Notes under the pieces: generated by a model | Database searches by the model: none | Told to the model about the DNA's origin: nothing | The model's input: only the letters and a program-made list of their open reading frames with translations | Shown: positions 49,713 to 62,587 of the stretch, piece by piece | How the letters are laid out: every line of letters starts with the position of its first letter | How positions within the stretch are numbered: the stretch's first letter is position 1 | Assembly: GCF_030684315.1 (NCBI RefSeq) | Contig: NC_081396.1 | Coordinates: forward strand, 5,704,001-5,768,000 | Direction: 5' to 3' | DNA length: 64,000 bases | Source of the DNA: Stegostoma tigrinum | Lineage: Eukaryota | Made by a program: the position numbers and the translations under genes

Positions 49713-51185
49713 TAAATTGGCATTGCAGGGATTATATAATTGACATGACTTATGCATTCTACTTGTTTTCTTCTTGCTATTTCCATTGAACTGTGAGATA
49801 TCATGTTTGGGATCCCTAAATTAAACAAGAAAATCACAGAATAATGCTGTTTTTAACGAAGTAGATCATCAATAATTTACCCTGCAAAATCCTGAATGTT
49901 GCTTTTGAAAAAGCTGACGTTTTGTCGTTTTTTAATCACCAGGACCACATTCCAAATTTAACAATTCCATGATACGAGAGTGGTGGGCATTTTGTTTCTT
50001 GCACTTGTGTCGTGAGACAAAGACAGCATTTTCACCCACGTTCCTTCCAAAGGTGGTATGAGCACATGTCCATCATTTTATGGTCGGGTGTAGCTGTCGA
50101 AAAAGTAAAGTTCTTCTAAAATTCCCAGACCATCACATCCCTTCAGGTTGACTTTGATACTTCAAGTGGGAATGACTTAAAGACGTGCAACATGACCAGA
50201 GACAGGGTGGGGTAATTTCGTCCAATGTGGTAACAAATGCAAAACATCTGACTATAATTTAAACAGGGGCATCATCTAGCTTCATAGAAAACTTATGGAC
50301 AGATTGTTTAAAGCAACCAGAGAGAGGATCAAGTGTGAATTAAACTGATGAGGCCCATCATCATCTAATGAGTGTCAAAATCAATGCAAGTCTAAACATT
50401 GACGTGATCTGGTGTCTTATTCACAGTATTATTAAATTAACACGACGCATGTAATGGAAATAACGAATTGGTCAAATTTTCAGGAAATGTGGACAGTCAG
50501 ATTTTTGCAAAAGCAGAAACAGGAGCAAACGCAGCATTACATGAGACATCATTATCTTTGAAAGACAGATCGAGTTCATTGACTGTGGACTGGTGTCTAT
50601 TGAATTACAGAAGCAGCCCCACACTTCTACAAAAATAGTGAGCTCGATGCAGGAACAATTAGCATGTTGAAAAAGACAATTGGATGTGTTGGTGAATTCA
50701 AAAGGTTTTGAGGGATCTGGGTCAAATGTAAGTCGGTGGGGCAAAATTAGATTGAGAATATGATCGGCATTGACTGGTTGATCTGAGGGGGCCTTTTGCA
50801 CGTTGCATGACTCGATTTTGTGTGAAAATCAAGACATATAAGCATGTGGAATTATGTAGAAGAGCTAGAGAACTTGAAGAACCATAACAATATTTGCACG
50901 GTTTGATGTTAATGTGACGATCAAGGAGGTATGAACAATTAAAAACATAATCTGCTCCTCAAGGAATACAATCTGAGGCAAAGACATATGGAGAATGCAC
51001 GCGAGTGTGTGGCAAGGGTTATTCAATTTTTTTAGAAGGTTTGGCTGAAACACCAACACAGACCGAGGCTAAATTGATATTAAAGGAGAGAGAGATTCGT
51101 GAAACAAGTATCAGGGCCTTACTAACACTAGCACAACTATACCTACAAATCAATGAGGCAGGGAAAGGTTAAATCATAAGTCATA

Positions 51186-52397
51186 GGTGACCAAACAGGT
51201 AGATGAGAGTAAACCGGTTGATGTGGTGCATATGGATTTCAGCAAGGCTTTCAATAAGGTTCCCCACAATAGGCTATTGTACAAAATGCGGAGGAATGGG
51301 ATTGTGGGAGATATAGCAGTTTGGATTGGAAAATGGCTTGCTGAAAGAAGACAGAGGGTGGTCGTTGATGGGAAATGTTCATCCTGGAGACCAGTTACTA
51401 GTGGTGTACCGCAAGGGTCGGTGTTGGGTCCACTGCTGTTTGTCATTTTTATAAATGACCTGAATGAGGGCGGAGAAGGATGGGTTAGTAAATTTGCAGA
51501 CGACACTAAGGTCGGTGGAGTTGTGGATAGTGATGAAGGATGCTGTAGGTTGCAGAGAGACATAGATAAGCTGCAGAGCTGGGCTGAGAGGTGGCAAATG
51601 GAATTTAATGCGGACAAGTGTGAGGTGATGCACTTTGGTAGGAGTAACCGGAAGGCAAAGTACAGGGCTAATGGTAAGATTCTTGGTAGTGTAGATGAGC
51701 AGAGAGATCTCGGTGTCCATGTACACAGATCCTTGAAAGTTGCCACCCAGGTTGACAGGGCTGTTAAGAAGGCATACAGTGTTTTAGCTTTTATTAATAG
51801 AGGAATCGAGTTCTGGAACCAAGAGGTTATGGTGAAGCTGTACGAAACTCTGGTGCGGCTGCACTTGGAGTATTGTGTACAGTTCTGGTCACCGCATTAT
51901 AAGAAGGATGTACAAGCTTTGAAACGGGTGCAGAGGAGATTTACTAGGATGTTGCCTGGTATGGAGGGAAGTTCTTACAAGAAAAGGCTGAGGGACTTGA
52001 GGCTGTTTTCATTAGTGAGAAGAAGGTTGAGAGGTGACTTAATTGAAACATATAAAATAATCAGAGGGTTAGATAGGGTGGACAGGGAGAGCCTTTTTCC
52101 TAGGGTGGTGACGGCGACCACGAGGGGGCATAGCTTTAAATTGAGGGGTGAAAGATATAGGACAGGTGTCAGAGGTAGTTTCTTTACTCAGAGAGTAGTA
52201 AGGGAATGGAACGCTTTGCCTGCAACGGTAGTAGATTCGCCAACTTTAGGTACATTTAAGTCGCCATTGGATAATCACATGGACGTACATGGAATAGAGT
52301 AGGTTAGATGGGCTTGAGATCGGTATGACACGTCGGCACAACATCGAGAGCCGAAGGGCCTGTACTGTGCTGTCATGTTCTATGTTCTATGTTCTAT
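51186..52397 (+). mobile_element. CR1 LINE, 5'-truncated, uninterrupted 371-aa RT ORF
   Basis: DFSKAF, SGVPQGSVLGP and KFADDTK motifs; TTCTATG tail. Confidence 0.95.
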
Positions 52398-54442
52398 ATT
52401 GGGGACCTGGTACAGAACTGATGCAATAAATGCATCCTGAAATTGCCTTGGTGTCAGTAACTAGTGCAATATCATCAGGGTCAGTTAAAATGGAAGCACG
52501 AAAAATCTCGGATGGTAAAGATTACATCAAATATTCAGTTCGAGGTGAAAATCCAACACAGGCAGAGAACAGAGAAGTTGGGTAATAAATCAGGGCCCAT
52601 CTCAATATTACAGAGCGCCCACATTTCATTCTCAAGTCACATCACATAAATTTTGGAGGAAAGTGTATCCATAACGCGTGATTTAGTTTTTCGGTATCTT
52701 CCAGACTAAACTATGAATCAACAAGATGGAGACAAGCTATTGAATATGTGAAATTTGCAGTTATTTTTACACAGATACGAAGAAATTGTTAATCGTGCTT
52801 AGTCTTGTTCATATTCGGGAGAGGCACGAAAGGTCCCTTTACTCAAAACTAGAGGAGGCCAGAAAATTAGTGCTGAAGGCAAGTTTGAACTGTTGTCCCC
52901 CATCTTTACGCAGGCGTGCTCAGTGACCACTCCGTGTTGGCATTTTCCTGAGTTCCCAGAACACACCAAGGCTGTGTACAACTTCAGCACGATACCTTGA
53001 CTTTTATATTCTATTCATCTTACAAGGAAGACCACATTTTCATCTGCTGGCTTATTTTGCATCGTGGACAAGGAGTCCCTGATCCCTTTAACCGCCTGCA
53101 CGACCCATATTTGACAATTTGAGAAAAATTCTGCTTTCTGTGTTTCAAACGAATGTGGGTAACGTCGGAATTAATCATATTAAGTAGCATTTGCCAGTTT
53201 CATTTCCATATAGGTAGTCTGCCTCGGCCCCACTCAATCCTCCCTGTGGCTTACAACAATTAGGTTACAAACCAGTTTTATGGCATCAGTAAACTTAAGA
53301 ATGCTATGATTGATTCCCACAGACAATCATTGTATAGAATGTCAAACTCTGTTTCCCAATGGAGGTAAGCATGACACTCGCACTGTTACTGGTTGGCGAC
53401 CTCAAAATATTACATTTATTTCTGCTGTTTCATTTCGACGTATTAATTAATGGCAGTATATTAACGTTAATCTTGTATTTTTTTTTATTTCCCGCCTTCC
53501 TTGTGGGATTTTATCCAAAGCTTTCAGATGTTCAAATACACTATATCGGTGTACATTTGTCAGCTCTCCAACTAACCAACTCAAACGAATTCAAGTGAGT
53601 TTGGCTAAAACTATTTCCCTTTTCTGGCTTCAAATTGACTCAACACAGTTATGTTACTATTTTCGAAGTGCTTACTTATCACTTTCTTTATTATATTATT
53701 TGACATTTACCCTGCTGCTAACACTGAACACGCCTTTGTTAAATATATCTTCACCCGCCCTTCTTTCCAATCCCCAGAAACATTCCTGGAATTTCTCAAG
53801 CTTCCAACAATAACCATCAAGGCACTCACGGCCTCTCCAGACACATCGTTCAAGAATTTGGAATGCATCTCGTCTCGTCCAGAGATCTATCAACCATTCA
53901 TGCAAGAAGTATTCTGTTCTCACTCGCAAAAGAATTTGCAAGAGCTGGCCTCCTCCTCGGGCATCGCTCCATATTGGTAAAACATTATTTCGTACTGTTC
54001 AGTTGTAAATGCAGACAAATGTTAAAATAAAACTAACGTGGTTCAAAACTCTTTCAATAATCTGACTGCTTAATATATGAAACATTTGGGATAATCGCAG
54101 AGAACGTCTGAGATTTTCTTCAAATTAGGCATTGGGCCTCAGCTCAAATTTAGCCATCGGGAGTCAGTTTGATCGGGGCATCAAAACACGTGGAAGGGGA
54201 TTTCAGAATTTGCACACAGCTGTTCAGCTATAAAGTGTATTTAACTTTGCATCTTCCCAATGTTGTGTAAAATACGTGAAACGATGAGTTAACATGTTTG
54301 TTCAGTGAACTGGAACTCAGGTACATTTTCAAAATTAATTGAACCTCTCGAGACGCAGACGTTGAATAAATGAGAGAGGTTTCCATTGGAACACAGAGCT
54401 CAGGTGAGGGCTTTCGAGAAATCTATCAGTTTGTGACAAAAG

Positions 54443-56089
54443 ATGCATGGCCCAGCAAATGGCCCGTTCTATGCCATTTATTATCCAATTCTTGCTGTTA
54501 TTGGTGTCCCTGGTAAGTAACAGGTTCCAAATGTTTGTTTTTAAGTGCAACAAAATCGTTCTGTTAAATATCAGGATTTGGTGATATTCCCAGTTGAAGG
54601 AAACTCAGCCCAAGTTCGAATATGCACATGCAAAACGTTAAGTTATACTGAATGACACCCATTTGCAAGGCGCAAGGTTATATCTAACCTGTGAAGGAGA
54701 AAACAAAGTTAACATTTCGGGTCCAGTGACCCTTCCTCAGAACATTCTGAGGAAGGGCCACCGAACCCCAAACGTGAACTCTGTTTTTACCTTCACAGAA
54801 GCTGCCAGATTTGCTGAGCTTTTCCAGCAACTTTGATTTTGTTTCTGATTTACAGCGTTCACAGTTCGTTCAGATTTTATTATATCTAACTGTTACACTG
54901 AGAAATTAGACAACAGTTGTTGGTTAGATCCTGGATTTTTGAACTGCAATGCGGACCATTGACTGAGCAGATAAACTGCCCAAGTGTAAATTCCATTGTT
55001 ATGGTGGAAACTGAAATCTAATGTTATTGGTGTTATTTGGCATAATCGGCTAACATTGCGTCCGACATTTTTCGGCACAGATTTCATGATAATTTCAACA
55101 GAAAGTACTGAAGATCTGTCGTTGTTTTAAACATTAAAACTATATCTAACAAACACTCCAGTCAGTAGAGTCATGTTTTGAAATTTCTCGCAGCCAACTT
55201 GCTGGCCATCGTTGTACTGTTACGAGGACGGTGTGGACTCTCTCGGTGTACTACCTATTATTTGATGGGGATAGCAGTGAGCGATTTTCTGGTTATCATC
55301 ACTGGGTGCATCCTAAATCGGATTGGTGGCATTTATTTCCGGCACAGCGCCCTGTCCACAACAAACGCCTGTGCACTCAGCACTGTGATGATCTATGCCA
55401 GCCGAGATGGTTCAGTCTGGCTGACAGTGGCCTTCACCATCGACCGCTTTGTCGCCATTTGCTGCCAGAGTCTCAAGGCCAGGTACTGCACCGAGAAAAC
55501 GGCCTCATTGTTCATCGGAGTGGTTTGCGTCCTGAGCTGCGTCAAGAACCTGCCTTCCTACTTCGTCTACCAGCCCTTGTACGTTGTGGATGGTGTGGCC
55601 TGGTTCTGTAAATTCAGAGACGCATACTATAACTCACCTGCATGGAAATCCTATGACTGGCTGAATCACATCTTGACGCCTGTTCTCCCATTGCTTCTTG
55701 TTCTGCTATTCAATGCTTTGACTGTCAGGTGCATCTTAGTGGCCAACAGTGCCCGAAAGAAGCTCCGGAACACAGGGAGACGCGGGGACCCAGAGATGGC
55801 CAATCGCAAGAGGTCTATTGTACTGCTCTTCACCATCTCGCTGAGCTTCCTCCTTCTATGGGTCCCTTATGTCGGGCGCTTCCTCTATGTGCGGGTTACT
55901 GGTGAGACCTACTTCAGTGGCTTGGATTTCACTGACTCACAGTTCATTCTCCAGGAGACCACCAACATGCTGCAGATACTCAGTTCGTGCAACAATGTCT
56001 TCATTTATGCAATATCCCAGAACAAATTCCGAGACGAGCTTAAGAAGGTTCTGTTGTCTCCCTTCACAACTCTCACCGGCTGCAAATAA
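54443..56089 (+). CDS. GPR139/GPR142-like class A GPCR, 321 aa, two exons: join(54443..54512, 55194..56089)
   Basis: Exon 1 MHGPANGPFYAIYYPILAVIGVP with GTAAGT donor; acceptor TCGCAG. 7TM ORF with TIDRFVAIC, WFC, LWVPY and NNVFIY; roughly two-thirds identical to copy 1 by eye. Confidence 0.92.
54688..54880. mobile_element. Penelope-like inverted terminal fragment in GPCR copy 2 intron
   Basis: CCCTTCCTCAGAA / TTCTGAGGAAGGG head-to-head, with complementary flanks. Confidence 0.65.
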
Positions 56090-56653
56090 TTTTGTCATGT
56101 TGTTTTGCTTTCACCAGGATGGATCAGTGTGAAATGCGTTTTCTTTCTCTCTCACTTAATTTTTTAAAATACTTGTGTGTTTATGCTTTTCCATTTGAGA
56201 AATGAACAGTTAGAATGTGAGCCTTGAAATGCGTTGTTGCTAAAACTAACAGAATGTAAAACCAGAAGCTGTGCATTTCAGGGTGAGAAGCTAAACCACA
56301 ATCTGTGTTCGTGATCACTATTTTAGATTTCTAATGGTCTGGAACATTTCATTTGATATTCAGCTCTTTCTGTCCTTCCCACTCAGTAGCCATTCTTCTG
56401 TCAATCCTTTGTTCCATCGCCCTCATTAAAGTCTCAGGACTATTGCATCTATTTCCCTGAATCTGTCACTTTTAACTTCACTTTCATACTGTACTGACGA
56501 ACAGCTCATTATGACATTGATCTTGGCTGTTTTCATTTTTTTGCCTGGATTGTACGACCTGTGCGATCATTCAGTAATGCTCAGGTTTAGGTTATATCTT
56601 TCACATTAACAGCAGATCCAGATAAAGTCTCACCACCATTCCCCCCCTCGGCT

Positions 56654-56656
<3 letters not shown>

Positions 56657-56712
<56 letters not shown>
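56657..56712. repeat. (CA)n microsatellite, ~28 units
   Basis: Direct read. Confidence 0.98.
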
Positions 56713-56715
<3 letters not shown>

Positions 56716-58079
56716 GAATTACGTGCTCCACCTTCCCTCTACCACAAAATACATCAATGTTATTGATTAAGGTGATTAATATTAATCGAGTAAGGATATT
56801 TTGCATGTTCTTCAGACAAGTAATTACATTTTCCAGTCCGAACAATGGTTTCTCTCTTGTCCCTGCGTGAAGATTCCTAATGGAGAAAGTGCACCACCTA
56901 GTGGGGGATTCGGATAAACGTGGTGAGTTAATTTTCAGTCACTGAAACCTTGATTGACTGGTCTTCATTCTTCAAGGAAAACTATATTCTGATGAGTAGA
57001 AATTATTCCTCCTCTACTGCAAATTTTGTAGGCATCAACATTGTTATTTATTTATTTTGAATATCACTCAATAATTAAAACATATGTTTAATCTATTTTT
57101 GAAAAATTGTGTAATCTTTTCTTGGGATTTGAATATGACCAACAAGTCTGATGCTTATGATTCAAACTCAAGTAAAGTTCGGAATCACGGAGGTTCCAAT
57201 ACTCGTAGATGTTGAAATTGGTACTGTAAGATTACCCTCATGACATACTTTTAATTTGGCATGGACAGTCAACTGGGACAGACAGTTATGACAAAGAGTC
57301 ATCGGGCTTGATAAGTTGATTCTCATTAGTCCTCACAGCTGCTGCCAGACCTGCAGAGTTTCGTAAGCAATTTGTCTTTTGTTTCAAATCTATAATATCC
57401 GTAGGTCCTGGTTTTATTGTCACGGTATTCAAGTAATCAATGAAAACACAACTGATGATATTCTACAGTAAACTGAAAGATTCTGAAGTAAAAGTGTACA
57501 TTAACAAAATCCATTAGTTTTTCATTGCACAAATCTACGATTTGACTAAGTGCATGATTTTCATCTGGCACACAGTAAAGGTTTTTTCCCACAACTGAGT
57601 GACACGAATAAAAATGGTTACAGAACTCAAGACGGATCCCAACCATTTTGTCGATCAGGACTTTTCTAACTCAAGTCAGATATAACAGAGGCCAACGAAG
57701 AAGATCAATAAATGCATTTGCTCATCAGTAAAATATTTCTATTCATATTCAATTGCGATGAAAGTATTGTCTATCTTTAATCTGAGCATATTACTCTGAG
57801 CTCCCGAAATTATCTTAACTTAGCTGTAAAAGAATTTTCTCTGCTGCAATCAATATTTGGGGGGAATTGATTGCCGCTAAATAGCACATCAGTCGTGAGG
57901 TTGTGAACTGGTATGCAGTGAGTTGTCAAAATTTGGGATATTCAGCCAAGTTACTGGTAAAGCAGGAAAGAAAGAAAGGCTTTGAGATGGTGCCAGGATA
58001 ATTCTGTATGTATTGGAGGATGGAGACACCCGGTCTGTGGAATGAGTAGAGGAGAGGAAATCATTCATTCATAGTTATG

Positions 58080-58430
58080 GGGGAGGCAGTAGTGCACCGG
58101 TGTTTTCGCCGGACTGTTGATCCAGAGACCCCAGAACTGTCTGGGGACATGGGCGCGAATCCCACCAAGCTAAATTGTAGTCTTTAAATTATGTAAAGTA
58201 TCGGGAAGTACAAATCTAATGACAACCCTGAATCTACTGTAGATTGTGGGGAAAACAGCGAACTGGTTCACTGACGTCTTTTGAGGAAGTAAACTGCCAT
58301 TCTTACCTGGTCTGGCGTACATGTGACTCCAAACCCCCAGCAATGTGGATGACTTTTAGCTGTTCTCTGGGCAAGTAGGAATGTTCAATAAACGTTGCCT
58401 TGCCAGCAACGCCCTCATCCACTGAATGAA
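58080..58430 (+). mobile_element. tRNA-derived SINE (SacSINE/Deu-like)
   Basis: tRNA-like head, CTGGTTCACT...CTTACCTGGTCTGG...GTGACTCC core, TGAATGAAT tail. Confidence 0.6.
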
Positions 58431-61320
58431 TCAAGGAGAAGAGGTTTTGAACCAATAGGCAGGATATGAAGGTCGAAATGGTATTCTCGTGTAATTTGCG
58501 ATAATCATATTCCATGTGCATTTGCAAACAAGTGTATTTTGGTGTGTAGAGAAAAGCAGGAAAAAAATCATTTCCTCCAGATAGTTTTTATCCATAGATT
58601 TCCACACTTTTCAAAGAAAATCTGTCGAAGAGACTGAAGTAAATTACACACCAAAGGTGCGGACTTTGAGGAAATGAGATTTCATTCGTGATATCAGGGA
58701 GCTTCAACGCTGACAAAAGTTCAGGCCTGAAGACTCCAACAAGCATAAAAAAGAAGCAGAATTTATGCAATGGTCCAAACAAGTTCAAACAAACTGCATT
58801 TGTGTTATGTTTCAGCAAGGCATGGTCATTGCTTAGACACACACATAAGAGTGTACAGATGTTGTGAGCTCTACCTTTTTACTATCTAACCTATGTGACT
58901 TCTCAGGCTAGGGAAAGGCAGGCTGCATTTACAGCGATATGTACATTCTCATAACACAAAAGTTTCTCAACTTAGTGCTCCTAGTCATGTATTATTTTAA
59001 CTCATTACTACTCAGCCAAAATTAAACAGTCTCAACATACAATTAATACACAGAACCATGGAAGTTGAGCAGTGAAACCGATTATCTTTGCTGATTCTCC
59101 AGCTTGTGAATTTTGCCATTCCATCAAATGTCCATAATCACAAAAGGCACACAAAGCAGGATGTGAGCTTATCCCCTGCCTGCTCGCTAGTGCAACGCGT
59201 AATGTGCCTCGTGCTGCACAAGGAGATTTCATGTTTGATTTCTACATGTCTACAGCGAATGTTACAAACTTGGTGCTCATCACGTCTCAAACTGGACGGG
59301 TTTTCTTGTCCTACTTAGACATTTGGCAAATGAAGGGGTGGTGTGAGACATAGCTCGTAGGATTCCAACATCTGCAAGTTTATTGTCTTGCCAATTTAGT
59401 CATGGCCACTAAACAGACGTTGATAAATGTGGTCTAGAATGATGTAATTATCCCACAAGTAAAAATGGGCAATCCATCAGATGCATCCGTGCCATTATGT
59501 GATATTTCTCAAACAACCCACACCCTCTCTTCATTCCTAACGTATTGGGAAGGAAAGAAAGAAGAGAAACACTGCATTTTGTAGATCCCAAGGGAAACTG
59601 ATGGCAATATTAGCAAATTGTGTTTTGCTTTAATGTAGACATACCTGATGTCGCCATTGACTACCTGCACTTAGATTCTCTGAGCGATTGTTTCGTGCTA
59701 ATCTTTATAAATGCTCAGCATTCCAAATGCCTTCAATGTACGAAGTTTGCGTGGAGAGAATAACTCCAGCAGCGTTGAGCATGGTACAATTATGAAAAAC
59801 ATTTTCATCACCATCGGGCAATGTGCGAAGGGCAGAATACAAAATAAATAAATTGCTGCAGTGTTTGGGGCAGATGATAGGTTAGTACAATCTTGCAAAG
59901 GGAACGCATGTAATATCATTATTTCCTCGCCATCAGAATACAATGGGAGATAACGGTGTCTCTGATATTCAAATGTCACACCAGTGTTCTGAAAAAAAAG
60001 ATTGTAGAGAAAGATGTTCAAAGCGACAGATGAAGATCGAGGAACCTTATTTTCAAGCAGCAAGAAAAGGACTCTTCTTAAACACAACATATTACAACGA
60101 GTTGCCAGTTTTCTGAATCTAATTGTATGCTGTGAGATTGTTCCTTTTGTCATGTTGAGGATGACTGGTGTGTGAAATAATGCTTCATATGGAATCTGGG
60201 AAAAAGATGGGAAAATACACTGGGTTCATTGTTTTCTGCAATTGATGCTGAAGCATGAATCTGCTACAGTGAGAGATTAATCATGAAAATTGCATCCTAC
60301 GAACTCTCAGAGGCAACAACACTGGCTGAGTGCAGCACTGGTCGCCACACAATAGGAAACGGTGCATAAAGATATGTACCAGGATGTTGCTTTGGTCGGA
60401 GTGTATCAGCGAGAAGGAGAGCTTGCATATACCCAGATTACCTTCGCATTAGTGTCAGATGTGAGAGACGACTTCACAGTGCTAACAGTGAAGGGGATAG
60501 AAGCAAATATGCTAACAATATTTAATGCGGACGCATCAGCAATGAATAAAGGATGCGGACTATGAGTATGTAACACAATTAGTTTATAACGGCAATGTAA
60601 CCAGTAGAGATATGGTGGGCCGACGTTCTGTGCTTCTGTGATGACCAAATGTCACTTGGGTCATTTTCTCTGAAATTATTTAAAAGTGAGTCATGACATT
60701 ATTGGTGCTGGTGGCACTCAGCTGTCAGACACTGCAGTATATCACTATACAATGGTGCACTGAGACATAGACTGAGCACTCCTGTTAATCATCTGTGAAG
60801 CTGCCTATCATCAACTCTCAAGACCGTGCACTTCTCAAAATGTGCCTCACTTGTCTGATCCATATCAACGGCTTTGACACGTTTTACGTTGAAAGTGGAA
60901 TTCTGACTGTGCACAATGTATTATCGCCTGAGGGATGCCTCGTCCCACATGCATCCTGTTACCTGCAGAAACAGGTTTCACTGTATTTGAACACCCAGAG
61001 TCAGGAATATCTCGTTTGTGACTCACTATAGAGATGGAAGTCAGTTTCTCTCAAATGTCACGTTAGGGAATAGAGGAACCCGCTGGTATGTGCACAACTT
61101 GAATGTCCGAATCTGAATTGCCAGCAAAGAATGAGCAAATTGTTAGCTGTGATGAAAAATGTTCATTTCCATTCAGCCTAACATCAAAAGACTCAAGTAA
61201 CTGTGACTTTCATTGGAGGCTCTGACTCATTAATCAGGTGCGATAAAATGCTTTTAAATATTTGTGTGAGTTTTTCAGGTACGACTTACATCCCACTTCC
61301 TCACTAGTAGTTTCGAGCAG

Positions 61321-62514
61321 GTCTGCATGATCCTGGACCTGTGTATCTCTCACTTGTCATTCTGGAACTGTAACGTGAGGGAGAACCCACAACGTGCTTG
61401 ACAAAATTCAGTTCACTCCAGTGTTTCATTTCTAGCATCCTGCTCCACGTCGTTGCCTCTCAAATCCAGTTCCGTCTATTACTGGAGGATTTTGCTTGAT
61501 CAACACCAATTGCTGAATTTTCGATCGGACCTCATTGCTGTAATTTGGAACATCATGAAAGACACAAACTCAATCATTTGTTTAGTAGTCACGAAACTGA
61601 CGGCACGAGATTATTTCAAAGATAGATTTCTAATGATGAAAGCTTTGTGTCCGAAGTAGAAGTGTGAAACATCACAGTGAATTCGGGAACTACTTCAGAT
61701 CCATTCCTATCTCACTGTTTGCCTGACGGAGTATCGTGATCAGTGGCGCCCTCAGAGTTTTTGTACAGGGTCAGCTCAGTTCTCAGTGTCTGTGGGGTTC
61801 AGTGCGCAGAAATACACTGCGGAGTCTGATAGTTCTGTTTTCAACACTCTCAGCTGGATAGTGCGGTTCACATGATCAAAATCCGAGGAAAGCCGGTCAT
61901 TCAGTAAGCTCGCTCGATTCTCACTATATCGGTTTTTCTGCAGTAGAAAATGTATGGAGCCGCTGGAATGTTGACGGTACCAGAACAGGTTAGGGTTACT
62001 GCTTGTTGTAGTGTAATTACAGAACAACAGGACATCATCACCCTCATTCACTGAAATTGCAGCCGCTGTTTGTGAGACAGAATCTCCACGACAAAGTCCT
62101 GAAAGAATGGAGAGTTTCAGAAAATTGAATAACAGACTTCAACATTCTGTCGCTCAGAATCAGCCCATTAACCGTCATCACTAACATGAGAAATGAATCA
62201 GGGAAGTTGAACTACAATCCGTTATGAGGAGGTCATTTCCTGAAACTTAAAGGGAAAGCTGAAAACAGTTGGTGGATTTTAAACTCTCCCCTCGGTTGAA
62301 TCACCGTTTTGTCCTCCGTCCTGACTGAATGTCCAGCCTAACTCTTCCACTGTCATTCACTCAGGTACGTTTGCTGATTTCTCTCAAACTCTGCTCACTG
62401 TTCGGACATGTTTATATCCATTTGGTTTTCATTTGGGGAGAATGTATTGCTGCTTCCATGTTGCCGATACTGCTTGAGCAAATGGAATTCATGGCAAAGA
62501 GCTGAAGCATAGAA
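61321..62514. repeat. Segmental duplication block Y (paralog 21820-23129)
   Basis: Colinear similarity covering the V 3' flank, V exon and intron, ending at GCAAAGAGCTGAAGCATAGAA in both copies. Confidence 0.88.
61756..61794 (-). other. 23-RSS of TCR V
   Basis: CACAGAC + 23 nt + ACAAAAACT. Confidence 0.9.
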
Positions 62515-62587
62515 AGAGACAACTTTTCAACCTACCCATGAGAAGAGCTGCTACTGGGAGAAGCAAACGCAGAGCTCCAGGCGACAT
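61795..62587 (-). CDS. Apparently functional TCR alpha/delta V gene segment: join(62536..62587, 61795..62098)
   Basis: Leader MSPGALRLLLPVAALLM with phase-1 GTAGGT donor and TTTCAG acceptor. GLCRGDSVSQTAAAISVNEGDDVLLFCNYTTTSSNPNLFWYRQH...KTELSDSAVYFCALNP with Cys/Trp/Cys intact. Confidence 0.92.

Noticed and set aside
59780-60100. 151-aa minus ORF with TTTTTTCAG acceptor, TAAIYLFC and CACATTG, resembling a deleted V relic
   Set aside because: No WY motif, too short, nonamer only 4/9 and no leader donor; not supportable without a profile search.
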